DNA of 64,000 nt from Planctomycetota bacterium (lineage in GTDB: Bacteria; Planctomycetota; Phycisphaerae; UBA1845): assembly GCA_016200265.1 (NCBI GenBank), contig JACQFE010000003.1:1126-65125 (forward strand), given 5' to 3'. The stretch's first letter is position 1. Each line of letters begins with the position of its first letter. The translations under genes were made by a program, and so were the position numbers. Positions 16,303 through 26,064 of this stretch are shown here, one piece after another. Below the pieces are notes generated by a model. The model was not told the DNA's origin and did not search any database. It saw only the letters and a list, made by a program, of their open reading frames with translations.

Positions 16303-16398
16303 CGGGAGTGGATGGGAATCGAACCCACCAGTCCCGGCGTAAACCGGGACTCGACGGCTTTGAAGGCCGCGGGACCCACCAGGCGTCCGGACACCCCC
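16303..16398 (-). tRNA. selC: tRNA-Sec (TCA)
   Basis: GCGGC-CTTCAAA-GCCGT anticodon arm, extended D stem with TGGT loop, 8-bp variable stem AGTCCCGG/CCGGGACT, GTGGG-TTCGATT-CCCAT T arm, G discriminator. Confidence 0.93.
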
Positions 16399-16631
16399 TA
16401 TCGGCGTGACGGCAAATCTATCGTCTTGCTCGAAATTTCACCAATTGGGCCAGGTGCCGCATTCAAGTGACAATGCCGTCAGGTCACCCCTAACAATTTA
16501 TCGCATGTTGCCTTACGACAAATAATGACATTACCCCCGACACGATTTGGAAAGACGATTGCCTCGGCAACTTTCGCAACCCAGCGAATTCGAGTAACTT
16601 CTCGCTGGCTGAATCGCGCGGTTTGGCCGAC

Positions 16632-16652
16632 ACCTGACGTTTGGCGTCAGGT
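16632..16652. promoter_or_regulatory. Perfect inverted repeat ACCTGACG-N5-CGTCAGGT, operator-like
   Basis: Lies between divergent selC and the 16709 gene and abuts a TATCAT -10-like hexamer. Confidence 0.4.
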
Positions 16653-16708
16653 ATCATGCAGAACACTTTTTCGCTGGAGGCCTCGCATTGCCGCGAGGTT
16701 CGGGAATT

Positions 16709-18415
16709 ATGAAATCGTTGACCGTTTCGTTTTCCAAATTTGCATTGAGCCTGAGTATTCTCGCCCCCATTTTTCACGCGACTCCAGCGGCGCGCGGGCA
16801 AGATGCGGACGTTGACGCGATCTTGAAAATGATTCCCGCGGACCTGACCGTCGCCGCCGTCGTCGTGAACGCGGATCGTTTCGACCAAAACCTGGTCGCG
16901 TTTATCAAGTCGATCAACCCGACGAGCGACTTCAAAGGAATCGGCGTACAACTCAAGGGCGAACTCGGCGCCGCGGATTGGCTCGATTTCAAAAAGCCGA
17001 TCGGCCTGGGTCAAGCAAGCCTCGGTGGCGGGAGCAAGAACCTTCTTTGGGGTCGTGCGCCGGGACTCGCGGACAAACTAAAGACCATGACCACAGCGAA
17101 GGAAGAAGAAGGCGTCTGGCACATCACATTCGACGCGAAAGATGACATGTATTGCGTAATCAAAGGCGACATCGTCGTTGCCTCTGTCGGCGGCACGAGA
17201 GAAGACGTACAGAAAGTGCTCAAAGTCGAACGCTCTTTGGCGGACGAACTCAAAGGTCGCACCGACATGCTCAAAGATCGCGATTTCCTCTTTCATCTGA
17301 ACTTCGAGCCGATACGGGCCATGGCGCTCGGCGGCATCCAGCAGTTGGCAATGTACGCCCCCATGATGGCAATGATGGCCGGCCAACAGGGCGGTTTCGA
17401 TCCGACGGGCGCGACCACCGCAATCACAGGACTGGTCGATGGCGTGAAGAAATTCGGGGAACAGGCCGCGTATCTTGAACTCGTCGGCGGCATCACCAAT
17501 GCGAACGCGGATTTGACCGTGGCAGTGGGCTTCAAGGACGGTGACATCAAGAGTTACCTGACCAAGAATCAGCCTGCGACTTCGCTCTTGAGCGATATTG
17601 GCGAACAGCCATTCCTTATCGCAATGGCGTGGCAAGTGCCCGGCAAGGAATCGCCCTTCATTGACTGGTTCTTCGACAAGCTCAGCGCGATGGATGCAAA
17701 GCCCGCAACCGGAGACGCGAAGCCCGTGGAAGGCGCGAAACCCGATGCGATGAAAGACGCGGTCAAGAACAAACACGAGCTTTATCGGAAACTAGAGGGT
17801 GCGAGCGCGGCCGTGGGCTTCTCCGCCAAAGGGGTGCAGGTCGCAGGAACCTATCAGAGTTCGGATGCGAAGAGTGCATTGGAGCTCGTGAAGAAAGAGC
17901 TCGCGGACACAGGTCTGGCCACAAAAGGTGCGGGCGGCGTCAGCTTCGAGGCCTCTGGCTCAAAGAAGATTGGCGACGCCAATGTGGATGAATACACCAT
18001 GAAATTCGATGCCAAGAGCCCGCAGGCCGGATTGCTCGGAAAGTTTTTCAGCGAGGCCGGCCGGTTTTATGTCGGCGTCGCGTGCGATCGCGTGCGATAT
18101 TTCCTTGGTTCGGAAGCAGACGCCGCGAAAGCGTTTGCCGCGAAAGTGGACAAACCGCTCGTCGCATCAGCGTCGGCGGCCGATGCGGTGAAGGCTCTTC
18201 CTGCCAAGAAGAACGTCCTCTTGCTCTTGGATTTTTCCGGGGCGCTGGGAATGATCAGCACCATGACCGGTGCGCCCATGGCGCTTCCTCCAGGAGCGAT
18301 GCCGCCTGCGGCGATTTCACTGACGATGTCCGGCGAACCGGCGCGCCTTGATCTGCACGTGCCGCTTGCATCGCTTCGCGGAGCCATTCAGGCCGCGGGT
18401 GCCGGTTCAAAATAA
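16709..18415 (+). CDS. Secreted/periplasmic hypothetical protein (alpha/beta, DUF3352-like)
   Basis: Signal peptide MKSLTVSFSKFALSLSILAPIFHATPAARG; strong GC3-biased codon use. Confidence 0.85.
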   Translation: MKSLTVSFSKFALSLSILAPIFHATPAARGQDADVDAILKMIPADLTVAAVVVNADRFDQNLVAFIKSINPTSDFKGIGVQLKGELGAADWLDFKKPIGLGQASLGGGSKNLLWGRAPGLADKLKTMTTAKEEEGVWHITFDAKDDMYCVIKGDIVVASVGGTREDVQKVLKVERSLADELKGRTDMLKDRDFLFHLNFEPIRAMALGGIQQLAMYAPMMAMMAGQQGGFDPTGATTAITGLVDGVKKFGEQAAYLELVGGITNANADLTVAVGFKDGDIKSYLTKNQPATSLLSDIGEQPFLIAMAWQVPGKESPFIDWFFDKLSAMDAKPATGDAKPVEGAKPDAMKDAVKNKHELYRKLEGASAAVGFSAKGVQVAGTYQSSDAKSALELVKKELADTGLATKGAGGVSFEASGSKKIGDANVDEYTMKFDAKSPQAGLLGKFFSEAGRFYVGVACDRVRYFLGSEADAAKAFAAKVDKPLVASASAADAVKALPAKKNVLLLLDFSGALGMISTMTGAPMALPPGAMPPAAISLTMSGEPARLDLHVPLASLRGAIQAAGAGSK

Positions 18416-19017
18416 TGGCATGGATGGAAGTATTTCTCCATAGTTCGATCACAGGATTTGCCACCCGCGCGCGTTGGGCATTGCAGTGAGGCGGAACTCC
18501 GTATTCCCAGCGCGCGACATGCCACAACCGGGGACCGCCAAAAGTCGGAATTATTGGCCGTTCCGAAGTCGCCCATGGGATCCCCGTACAGGTCGATGTG
18601 GAAACTGTCGGCCTGTTGCGGGTCGAGATCGCCATCAATGCTACGAACGGCGAGATTCTTCTTAGCATGCCGCCACGTTGATCGTAGAATTCCATCAACT
18701 GGAAGGCAATAAATTCAGGCACAATCACAATCCGAATGGCCGTATTGTATTTGGTGGTTGGGTGGAACATAATACAAATTCCCGTACCCGATTTGAGCAA
18801 TTCCCCCGGGTCGATCCGGCTCGATATTTTTGGACTCTGCGACTCCGATCAAATTTGCGCAAGATTTGCCGTTCTTACGAATGAATCGTATTTTTCATTA
18901 CGAGCGCGCATCCTCGCCTCCGCCTCTGAGGCCCACTAAGAAGCGAGGACGCTGATTGCATTGATGCCCAAATCTTGGGGTTGTGCGGCGCGCTATCAAT
19001 TCGGAGGAGGGGGATCC

Positions 19018-19668
19018 ATGTCAACGTATTCGATGACTCGTACGCGGTGGCGCTTGTCTGGCGCAGGAGTGCTCCTGGCGTTAAGCGCTGTGTCTTTGTG
19101 GCCTTCATACGCTTCGGCGCCGGTTTCTGATCCGGTGGTCGCCGTCGAAGAGGATTGGGAGCTGGTTGTCAACGATCCCAATGACAACGTAATTTCACCA
19201 CAGTTCCAGACAATCATGTCTCCGACGCCGGATGCGTCGGGATACTATGCCCAGACGTTGTGGAATTATCGCGAAACGCCGGATTTCCAGCCCGGCGGCG
19301 TCCAGCTTCAGAGCTATCTCGGCGAAAGTCTCGTGCGGACCCGAAGCGTTGAGCATCGCATCCTGAGCACCTCTGCTGAGACGATTACCTGGACCCAAGC
19401 GCTCCAGACCGATGGCGAAACGTTGACCTTTTCAGTTGTCAATGGCCAATCGACCACGTGGGGGGACTTTGGAAAAGACATGACGATTTCCTATACGGCC
19501 AAAGTTCAAACCCTGAATGATTATGATCCGGAATACTCAGCTTCAAATGCCTGCGTGACGTATGGCAGCAATCGGGTGCAGAGTCTCACCTTGAAGGAAG
19601 TTCGTTATTTTGGAGCGGGTGGCGTATTGCTTGCGGTGGATTCGACGCCACATAGTGCGTCCTATTGA
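19018..19668 (+). CDS. Secreted hypothetical protein in front of a Tad-like gene
   Basis: GGAGG RBS, signal peptide, VEEDWELVV..P...SPQF motif. Confidence 0.8.
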   Translation: MSTYSMTRTRWRLSGAGVLLALSAVSLWPSYASAPVSDPVVAVEEDWELVVNDPNDNVISPQFQTIMSPTPDASGYYAQTLWNYRETPDFQPGGVQLQSYLGESLVRTRSVEHRILSTSAETITWTQALQTDGETLTFSVVNGQSTTWGDFGKDMTISYTAKVQTLNDYDPEYSASNACVTYGSNRVQSLTLKEVRYFGAGGVLLAVDSTPHSASY

Positions 19669-19720
19669 GCTTGGGCGCAAAGGGTGTCTCATGAAAATGC
19701 GGTGATTCATCCCGCTTTTC

Positions 19721-20926
19721 ATGGATTTGGGGACAAAAATCATGGTGAATGTTCCAACAACTAGAGCGAATCGACGGCGTGCGGTGACTTCGGCCCTGGT
19801 GGCGATTTCACTTGTCACCCTATTGGGAATGGCCTCGTTGACCGTTGACCTGGGGATGGCATACCGGGCGCGAAATGAGGCCCAAAGCTCCGCCGATGCC
19901 GCGGCAATGGCTGCGGCATGGCGGATGATGGATCAGAATCGTCTTCGCGGTGGATCATACGTGGATTCGGTGAATTCCGCAGCGCGGCAGCAGGCCGTTA
20001 CACTTGCTCAGGACAACCAGATTATTAACAAGTCGCCCACACTGGACACCAATGGAGGGAATGGCTCCACGGGAGACATCGTGCTTGGTCGGCTTGTCGA
20101 CCCCAATAATGGAAACGAAGCAATGGCGTATGCGAATGCCGCGCAATTCAATGCCGTGCATGTGTTTCTCCACCGCGATGCAACCCGCAACGGGCCGATC
20201 AGCCTTTATTTTGCCGGTATTTTCGGCAAGCATTCGGCGGATATCTCAGCATCGGCGACGGCGGCTTTCTACGATGGTGTCATCGGATGGCATGTCACTC
20301 AAACCACAGGGAATGCGGGCATTCTTCCCTTCGCGTTGCGGAAAAGCGTGTGGGATCAGTTGATGGCTGGTACATTCACGACCGGAGATCACTACTCTTA
20401 TGATGAAAACACGAAAAAAGTTGTTTCAGGTGGACCGGATGGCATTAATGAGTTGAACCTATATCCCGGCGCCGGCGCCGGCCAGCTCCCGCCAGGAAAC
20501 TTCGGCACGGTGGATATCGGAGCGCCGGGCAACTCGACATCAGACATCGTGCGTCAGATTACCGAAGGTGTGAATGCCAGTGATTTGGCTTATTTTGGTG
20601 GCACGCTGCAATTAGGAGCAGACGGCACTCTGATGCTCAATGGCGACACCGGCCTGAGTGGTGGCATATCGTCAGCATTAGAGTCGATCATCGGACTACC
20701 ACGAGCGCTTCCGATTTTCTCAGAGGTTTCAGGCCCGGGAAACAACTCCATATTTACGATCGTGGGATTCGTGGGAGTACGCATTCTTGACGTCAAATTG
20801 ACCGGTTCCATGAATTCCAAGAAGGTCATCATTCAGCCCGCGTATGTCATGGACGATTCCGTGGTCGTGAGCAAGAACTCAGGACAAAGTTCGTTTGTCT
20901 ATAAGCCCGTTCAGCTCGTAAAGTGA
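19721..20926 (+). CDS. TadG/TadE-like Flp pilus assembly protein
   Basis: RRRAVTSALVAISLVTLLGMASLTVDLGMAYRARNEAQSSADAAAMAAA N-terminal Tad motif; PGNFGTVDIG in the C-terminal domain. Confidence 0.85.
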   Translation: MDLGTKIMVNVPTTRANRRRAVTSALVAISLVTLLGMASLTVDLGMAYRARNEAQSSADAAAMAAAWRMMDQNRLRGGSYVDSVNSAARQQAVTLAQDNQIINKSPTLDTNGGNGSTGDIVLGRLVDPNNGNEAMAYANAAQFNAVHVFLHRDATRNGPISLYFAGIFGKHSADISASATAAFYDGVIGWHVTQTTGNAGILPFALRKSVWDQLMAGTFTTGDHYSYDENTKKVVSGGPDGINELNLYPGAGAGQLPPGNFGTVDIGAPGNSTSDIVRQITEGVNASDLAYFGGTLQLGADGTLMLNGDTGLSGGISSALESIIGLPRALPIFSEVSGPGNNSIFTIVGFVGVRILDVKLTGSMNSKKVIIQPAYVMDDSVVVSKNSGQSSFVYKPVQLVK

Positions 20927-21162
20927 TCCGTTTTAGGAAGACTTAAGGATCCCCCGGGCGTTGCCGGCGTCATCATGCCGGCGCGATGACGAAAACGCAC
21001 CCAAAAAGGACGAAGGGAGCGACGCAAAGTCCGCTCCCTTGCCTGAAGGCCGATCGGCGCGTGCGGGTGCATACCGCCCCTTCGTCGTCCGAATTCGTCT
21101 CGCCTCCCTCTTGCCAAGAGGGAATGAAATGGGATCGAGCTACCCGCTTCATACGCGCGGTG

Positions 21163-22497
21163 TTACTTTGGGTCCTGCTCCATCGGCAAAGGGGTCATAT
21201 TGAAGGTCTGCCGTTTGCTTTGAGCCGCACAGCGAGTGATTCTTGACCCTTCGCGGCCGGTGATCAAGCCTTCGGCCCGCCACTCGTTCACGAGCGCGGT
21301 CACGCAACTGACGAACTGGCCGTGATTGTGCGCATTGGCCTGACATTGGGCGATCTCGTCCATCATCGAGCAACCGCTGTCGAAAAGGTGATTGTTCACG
21401 CCCGAATTACAGGCGCTAATGACAACGGTGGCGTTCAGATCGGAGTCAGGACACTGGTCGTCCGCGTCAGGAATGCCGTCGTGGTCCGAGTCGGTCTCGG
21501 ACTCAGTGAGCGTCCATGTTTGGCCGCTGACAATCCAGTTGCTCAGTGGTCCTAAGTCGCCGCCAAACAGGACCACTTCTTGTCTGATTGCGTCGTAAAC
21601 CATGTCGTGTCCATGTCGCCCCGGGGGGGCGATGGGGGTGGTGACCGGAATCCAATCTGCCCCGTTGAATTCCCAAGTGTCGGCATACGATGTCGTACAG
21701 AAATCAGTTCCTCCAAAAAGAATCATGCCATCGCTACGGAGATCAAAAGCGAGATGACTGTTTTCGCCACGCGGGTTAGGACGGTGAGCCGTTGGAATAA
21801 GGGTCCAGGTGGCGGTTGCCAGGTCCAACTCCCAAGTCTCGTCGGAGTGTGTGCCGCAAACTACCGGAACCAGATTTCCGCCAAAGAGAACCGTGCGTTG
21901 GCGGACTGAATCGAACCCCATGGCAGGTGACGATCGCGGCGCTGGCGAGTTATTGGTTACAACGCGAGACCAGGAAGTGCCGTTCCATGTCCACGTGTTG
22001 TTCTGCAATCCTGGCGCGTATCCACCGAACATCACGATGAAGTGCTGCGAGGAGTCGTAGGTCATTCCTGCACTTGCAAGCGTTGGTGGTCGAGTGCAAC
22101 CGTTAGTGCACTTTTCCGTCCAGCTCGTTCCATTCCATTCCCATGTGTCGTTCATGTAGTTGCCGTCCCCAACGATTCCTCCAAACAGAACCGTCACGCA
22201 GCGGTTGGAATCAAACGCCATCGCATGGTCAAGGCGGGGACCTGGACCGTTTGTCGCCCGCAACTCCCATTCAGTTCCATTCCACTCCCATGTGTCGCCA
22301 AATCGGTGCGCGGGATCGCTTGCGCCGCCAAACAATACGACAACATTCCGGCACGAATCCCATACCATGGCATGGAGCGTGCGCGGGGTGGGGCCGGTTT
22401 CGGAACGGAGAAGCCACTCCGGCTCCGCATGCACGACATGTGATAAGGAAACGACGGTGAGACCAACGAAGAGTGTACAGCTTCGCCATTGAAACAT
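21163..22497 (-). CDS. Secreted six-blade Kelch-like (DTWEWNG repeat) propeller with TSP3-like Asp repeat and helical C-terminal domain
   Basis: AAGGAG RBS, signal peptide, six (D/N)TWxW(N/D)G repeats, DSDHDGIPDADDQCP. Confidence 0.88.
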   Translation of the reverse strand: MFQWRSCTLFVGLTVVSLSHVVHAEPEWLLRSETGPTPRTLHAMVWDSCRNVVVLFGGASDPAHRFGDTWEWNGTEWELRATNGPGPRLDHAMAFDSNRCVTVLFGGIVGDGNYMNDTWEWNGTSWTEKCTNGCTRPPTLASAGMTYDSSQHFIVMFGGYAPGLQNNTWTWNGTSWSRVVTNNSPAPRSSPAMGFDSVRQRTVLFGGNLVPVVCGTHSDETWELDLATATWTLIPTAHRPNPRGENSHLAFDLRSDGMILFGGTDFCTTSYADTWEFNGADWIPVTTPIAPPGRHGHDMVYDAIRQEVVLFGGDLGPLSNWIVSGQTWTLTESETDSDHDGIPDADDQCPDSDLNATVVISACNSGVNNHLFDSGCSMMDEIAQCQANAHNHGQFVSCVTALVNEWRAEGLITGREGSRITRCAAQSKRQTFNMTPLPMEQDPK

Positions 22498-22763
22498 GTG
22501 GTATCTCCTTGTTTCTTTCGCACTCAATCGGTGTCGGCACGTGCCGATGCGCGATCTGGCCCAACAGAGAGCTGATCGGCTGTGCGAGAGTTGTGCGGGC
22601 CCCTCGTCCCAGGAACGTACGTCAACGGGCGATTACAAGCGCAACGATTTCCAACTCTTGCACGCAGTAGTAGCGCAGGAATTCGTCCACATGGTCCATC
22701 TGCCCATTCAAGGGTGGCGGGCTTCATGCAGAGCTGCTTGGCCCCCGCAGGCCGCAGCTTGTG

Positions 22764-25046
22764 TCAATGTGGCTCGGTAGCGGCTCGAGAGCGGATCGAA
22801 GGAAGGTCGCCAAGATAGAAGTTCCCTAGTCGAGGAATGTTCTGATTGCGGTTGTAGGCATCGGTGGGTAACTCCGGACCAACTATGTTACCGTGCTCGT
22901 CGATGTGAATGCTCGCCAATGTCTCAGTCGGTGAAACGAAATCAAGCGTGAGCCGCAAATGCTTGCCATCGCGAAACTCAAGAGTCGGTTCGGAAACCGT
23001 GATCTCCCGGACAGCGTCCGTCTTTTTGGGAGGCAGGATGCATCGGTACCACACGGGGTCAAGAGACCCATCGCCTGGTGTTGACTTTATGAGCCGAGTG
23101 GATCGTGGTTGTGGATGCGCACGAAGCGAAAATACAACCTGAGGATAGCGCCGGGTGACTGCGGCGGCCTCAGGATGGTTACGATCCTCCCAGTATGCTT
23201 CCGAGTTTTCGCCCGTGAATACGAGCAGCCTAGCCTCCGGCATGCACTTGCACGATAAGACCAAGCCATCGTGCCACACCTGATAGAGCAAGTCACCATC
23301 AAGGCTATATATGCGGATGGCGCGGTATGAATAATCATGTGCGGAGACTGATACAAGTTCCGGGCCCGGATTTTCGCCAAACGCGTCCACGAGCCAGACT
23401 TTTTCCGGGCTGAAGCTTTGGCTGCTGAACCCCAAGCGGTCATTCGGCGGTACATCGTCTGACTCGATTGCATGACACCAAATAGGCGTTACGCGACCAA
23501 ACCACGACCAAGTCACATCGAAAGCGCACAATTTCCCTGAGTTCTCTTGGCCGTTGGCATAGTCTCTGCTGAAACCGATGATCGCAGCGCTTCGCCCCCT
23601 TATTTTGACCAAATCCGGAAGCGTTCCTCCCGGAGTGAAGGCGTGGTTCTTGTCCGACCGCCATTCGTAGATCACGTTTCCGGCGACTGAAATTACTTGG
23701 GCTACAGTGCATTCTTCGGCGATCCGGACTCTTGCAGGTCGGCATAGCGCAAACCACAACGACGCCCCCGCACCCAGCGCGACGCCGAAAGCGACCAGCA
23801 AGCACGCAAGGGTCGTGGCCACAAGCGGATGCTTTCGTGACCACAAGACAGATCGCTCGACCAAAGATGGTGGGCGCGCTTCGATCGGTTCACGGTTCAG
23901 GTAATGGCGAATATCGCGAGCGAGGTCGGCCACGGATTGGTAGCGTTTGGCGCGATCTTTTTCGAGGGACTTAAGAAGGATGAACTCAATGTCGCTGCGG
24001 ATTTCGCGGTTTACGTCGCGGGGACGCGTTGGTGGGCTGTCACAAATCGCCCGAATCGCTTGGGTCACAGTCCCGCTCGCAACGGAATATGGCAGCCGAC
24101 CACAAAGCAACTGAAAGAGAACGACGCCGAGTGAATAGACATCGGTGCGGATATCAAGCTCGTGAGTGTCGCCTTCGCACTGCTCAGGACTCATGTATTG
24201 GATCGTGCCGACGAGCTGGCCGACATCGGTGTGCATGGTCGTGGCGGCCACGTCGGAATCCGTCGCACGCGCCACGCCGAAGTCGATGACTTTCACATGC
24301 CCTGCGGCATCAACAAGAATATTCGATGGCTTCAGATCGCGATGAATGATGCCCTTGAGATGGCCGAAGTGGACCGCTTCGCACGCTTGCAGAAATAAAT
24401 CCAAGCGCTGCCGAAGGTCGAGCTTGTGTTCGTCAGCGTACGCAGTCAATGGCCGCGCACCAGCCACGAATTCCATCGCAAAGTACGGCAACGATCCAAC
24501 CCCCTGTGGTCCCCCTTGGTAAGGGTGACGGTCGGTCGCGCGGGATAAATCCCGCGGCTCTGTGACCGCTCCCTCACGGTCGCGGCTCGGTTCGAATGTG
24601 CCAGCGTCGTAAATTTGAGCGATATTGGGATGCGTGAGCCGGGCCAGGGCATCGACCTCGAACTCGAAGCGCTTCCGCGCCGATTGCGCCCAAGCCCAGG
24701 CGTGCAGAACCTTTAAGGCGACCGTGCGTCGCGGGTGATCTTGTTCGGCCTCATAGACCGTGCCCATGCCACCGGAGGCGATGACGCGCTGGACAAGGTA
24801 CTTGCCGATGCGCGTGCCGATGAGTGGATCGGGAGCTTCTCCAAACGGGGCGCCGCCGCTGCGGTCCGGTGGCTGGAGAAAATCCGGATTGGCCTGTTCG
24901 TCATGTTCGATCAGCGAGAGGACCTCTTCTCGCAATTCGAGGTCATCCGCGCAGAGATCGGCCAGTGCAGCCCGCCGATTGTCCGGCGGAAGCCGCGAAA
25001 CTTGATCAAAAAGGTCCCGAATGCGATCCCACTGTTCCGTTTGCAT
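22764..25046 (-). CDS. Membrane-anchored Ser/Thr protein kinase
   Basis: GGMGTVY, VALK, HRDLKPSN, DFG, GTIQYMSPEQ, one TM helix and an extracytoplasmic C-terminus. Confidence 0.95.
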   Translation of the reverse strand: MQTEQWDRIRDLFDQVSRLPPDNRRAALADLCADDLELREEVLSLIEHDEQANPDFLQPPDRSGGAPFGEAPDPLIGTRIGKYLVQRVIASGGMGTVYEAEQDHPRRTVALKVLHAWAWAQSARKRFEFEVDALARLTHPNIAQIYDAGTFEPSRDREGAVTEPRDLSRATDRHPYQGGPQGVGSLPYFAMEFVAGARPLTAYADEHKLDLRQRLDLFLQACEAVHFGHLKGIIHRDLKPSNILVDAAGHVKVIDFGVARATDSDVAATTMHTDVGQLVGTIQYMSPEQCEGDTHELDIRTDVYSLGVVLFQLLCGRLPYSVASGTVTQAIRAICDSPPTRPRDVNREIRSDIEFILLKSLEKDRAKRYQSVADLARDIRHYLNREPIEARPPSLVERSVLWSRKHPLVATTLACLLVAFGVALGAGASLWFALCRPARVRIAEECTVAQVISVAGNVIYEWRSDKNHAFTPGGTLPDLVKIRGRSAAIIGFSRDYANGQENSGKLCAFDVTWSWFGRVTPIWCHAIESDDVPPNDRLGFSSQSFSPEKVWLVDAFGENPGPELVSVSAHDYSYRAIRIYSLDGDLLYQVWHDGLVLSCKCMPEARLLVFTGENSEAYWEDRNHPEAAAVTRRYPQVVFSLRAHPQPRSTRLIKSTPGDGSLDPVWYRCILPPKKTDAVREITVSEPTLEFRDGKHLRLTLDFVSPTETLASIHIDEHGNIVGPELPTDAYNRNQNIPRLGNFYLGDLPSIRSRAATEPH

Positions 25047-25065
25047 GAAAAGATCGTTACTACAA

Positions 25066-25662
25066 CTACGGCACCGCCGTAGTATCACCCTTTGACAGCA
25101 TCCGATGGAGCCACGCCCGTGCGATCCGCCATTCGAGCTGCACGGTGCGGCGCGACAGTCCCATCGCTTCCGCCGTTTCGTCTTCGGTCAATCCGGCAAA
25201 ATAGCGCAGGTTGATCAGCTCAACTTTGCGCGGATCAGATTCCTGCAATTGCTCCAGCGCCTCGTGGATCGCCAGCACGTCGCCATGGTCGTGATCGAAG
25301 ACGGCCGGCTCAATGTCGAGCGCAAAGGCCTTTCGATCTCCGCCGCGCTTGAGCCTCTTTTTTCTCCGTACGTCATCGATGCGGATCTGGCGCATAATTT
25401 GTGCGGCTGCGCCAAAGAAGTGTCGCCGATTGGCCCATTCGACGTCTTTCGCATTTCCGAACAGGCGCATGTACGCCTCATGGACGATTCCCGTGGCTTC
25501 CTGGCTGGGTTGGCCTCCGAATCGTCCGTCCTGTGCATGGGCGAGCACGCGGAGCTCGCCATACAGCCAGTCCAGAAGCTGGCGTGCCGCATCGTCATCG
25601 CCTTGTGACATGCGATTCAGAAGAGTGGTTGCGTTTTCGGGAGAACCACCGAGCACGTGCAA
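25066..25662 (-). CDS. ECF sigma factor of the planctomycete kinase-associated type
   Basis: LYGELRVLA, TGIVHEAYMRL, RRHFFGAAAQIMRQIRIDDVRRK, LRYFAGLT..ETA..MG.S..TV..EW..ARAWL; directly upstream of the kinase. Confidence 0.93.
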   Translation of the reverse strand: MHVLGGSPENATTLLNRMSQGDDDAARQLLDWLYGELRVLAHAQDGRFGGQPSQEATGIVHEAYMRLFGNAKDVEWANRRHFFGAAAQIMRQIRIDDVRRKKRLKRGGDRKAFALDIEPAVFDHDHGDVLAIHEALEQLQESDPRKVELINLRYFAGLTEDETAEAMGLSRRTVQLEWRIARAWLHRMLSKGDTTAVP

Positions 25663-25706
25663 TCATCCTCAGCAGAAGCGAAACCAGAGATTGTGAGGAT
25701 AGCGTA

Positions 25707-25940
25707 ATGCGAATCTGCCGGGGATTGCAAATGGGGCGGGGTGAGGGCGTTCCGTTGCGTTTGCGTTTGTCGAACGGGCGTAGCTTCGAGATCAGGAGCA
25801 CCGGGCTATGTTTCATAGCCAATCTGGCGGACAACGCATTTCGAGCCAAACGGCACGACGCACTCGCCGAAGATGTCGAGGTCTTCAGCCTTCGCCACAT
25901 CGTCTCGGTCGGGACTACCGTACCACTGGAACACGGATAA
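25707..25940 (+). CDS. Small hypothetical protein (PxRLxLSxGRSFEI...LRHIV type)
   Basis: GAGGA RBS; 77 aa with a motif I recognise from small planctomycete proteins. Confidence 0.45.
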   Translation: MRICRGLQMGRGEGVPLRLRLSNGRSFEIRSTGLCFIANLADNAFRAKRHDALAEDVEVFSLRHIVSVGTTVPLEHG

Positions 25941-26064
25941 TCTATCGTCAATTTCATTGTGTTTCGTTCAAATCGGCTGGAACGCCATTCCACGGTAAAC
26001 TTGTTTGTTCTAATGAGGCCGCGCGACGTCGGATTTGCCCGGCGCGTGTGCGATTGACGACACT

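Noticed and set aside
18416-19017. 600-bp gap before the Tad-associated genes as a riboswitch or hidden gene
   Set aside because: I recognised no RNA motif, and the overlapping ORFs on both strands lack RBS, codon bias or motifs.
21015-21040. c-di-GMP-I riboswitch suggested by GACGCAAAG
   Set aside because: The GGCAAAC/GNRA tetraloop part is missing and the site lies between two 3' ends, not in a leader.
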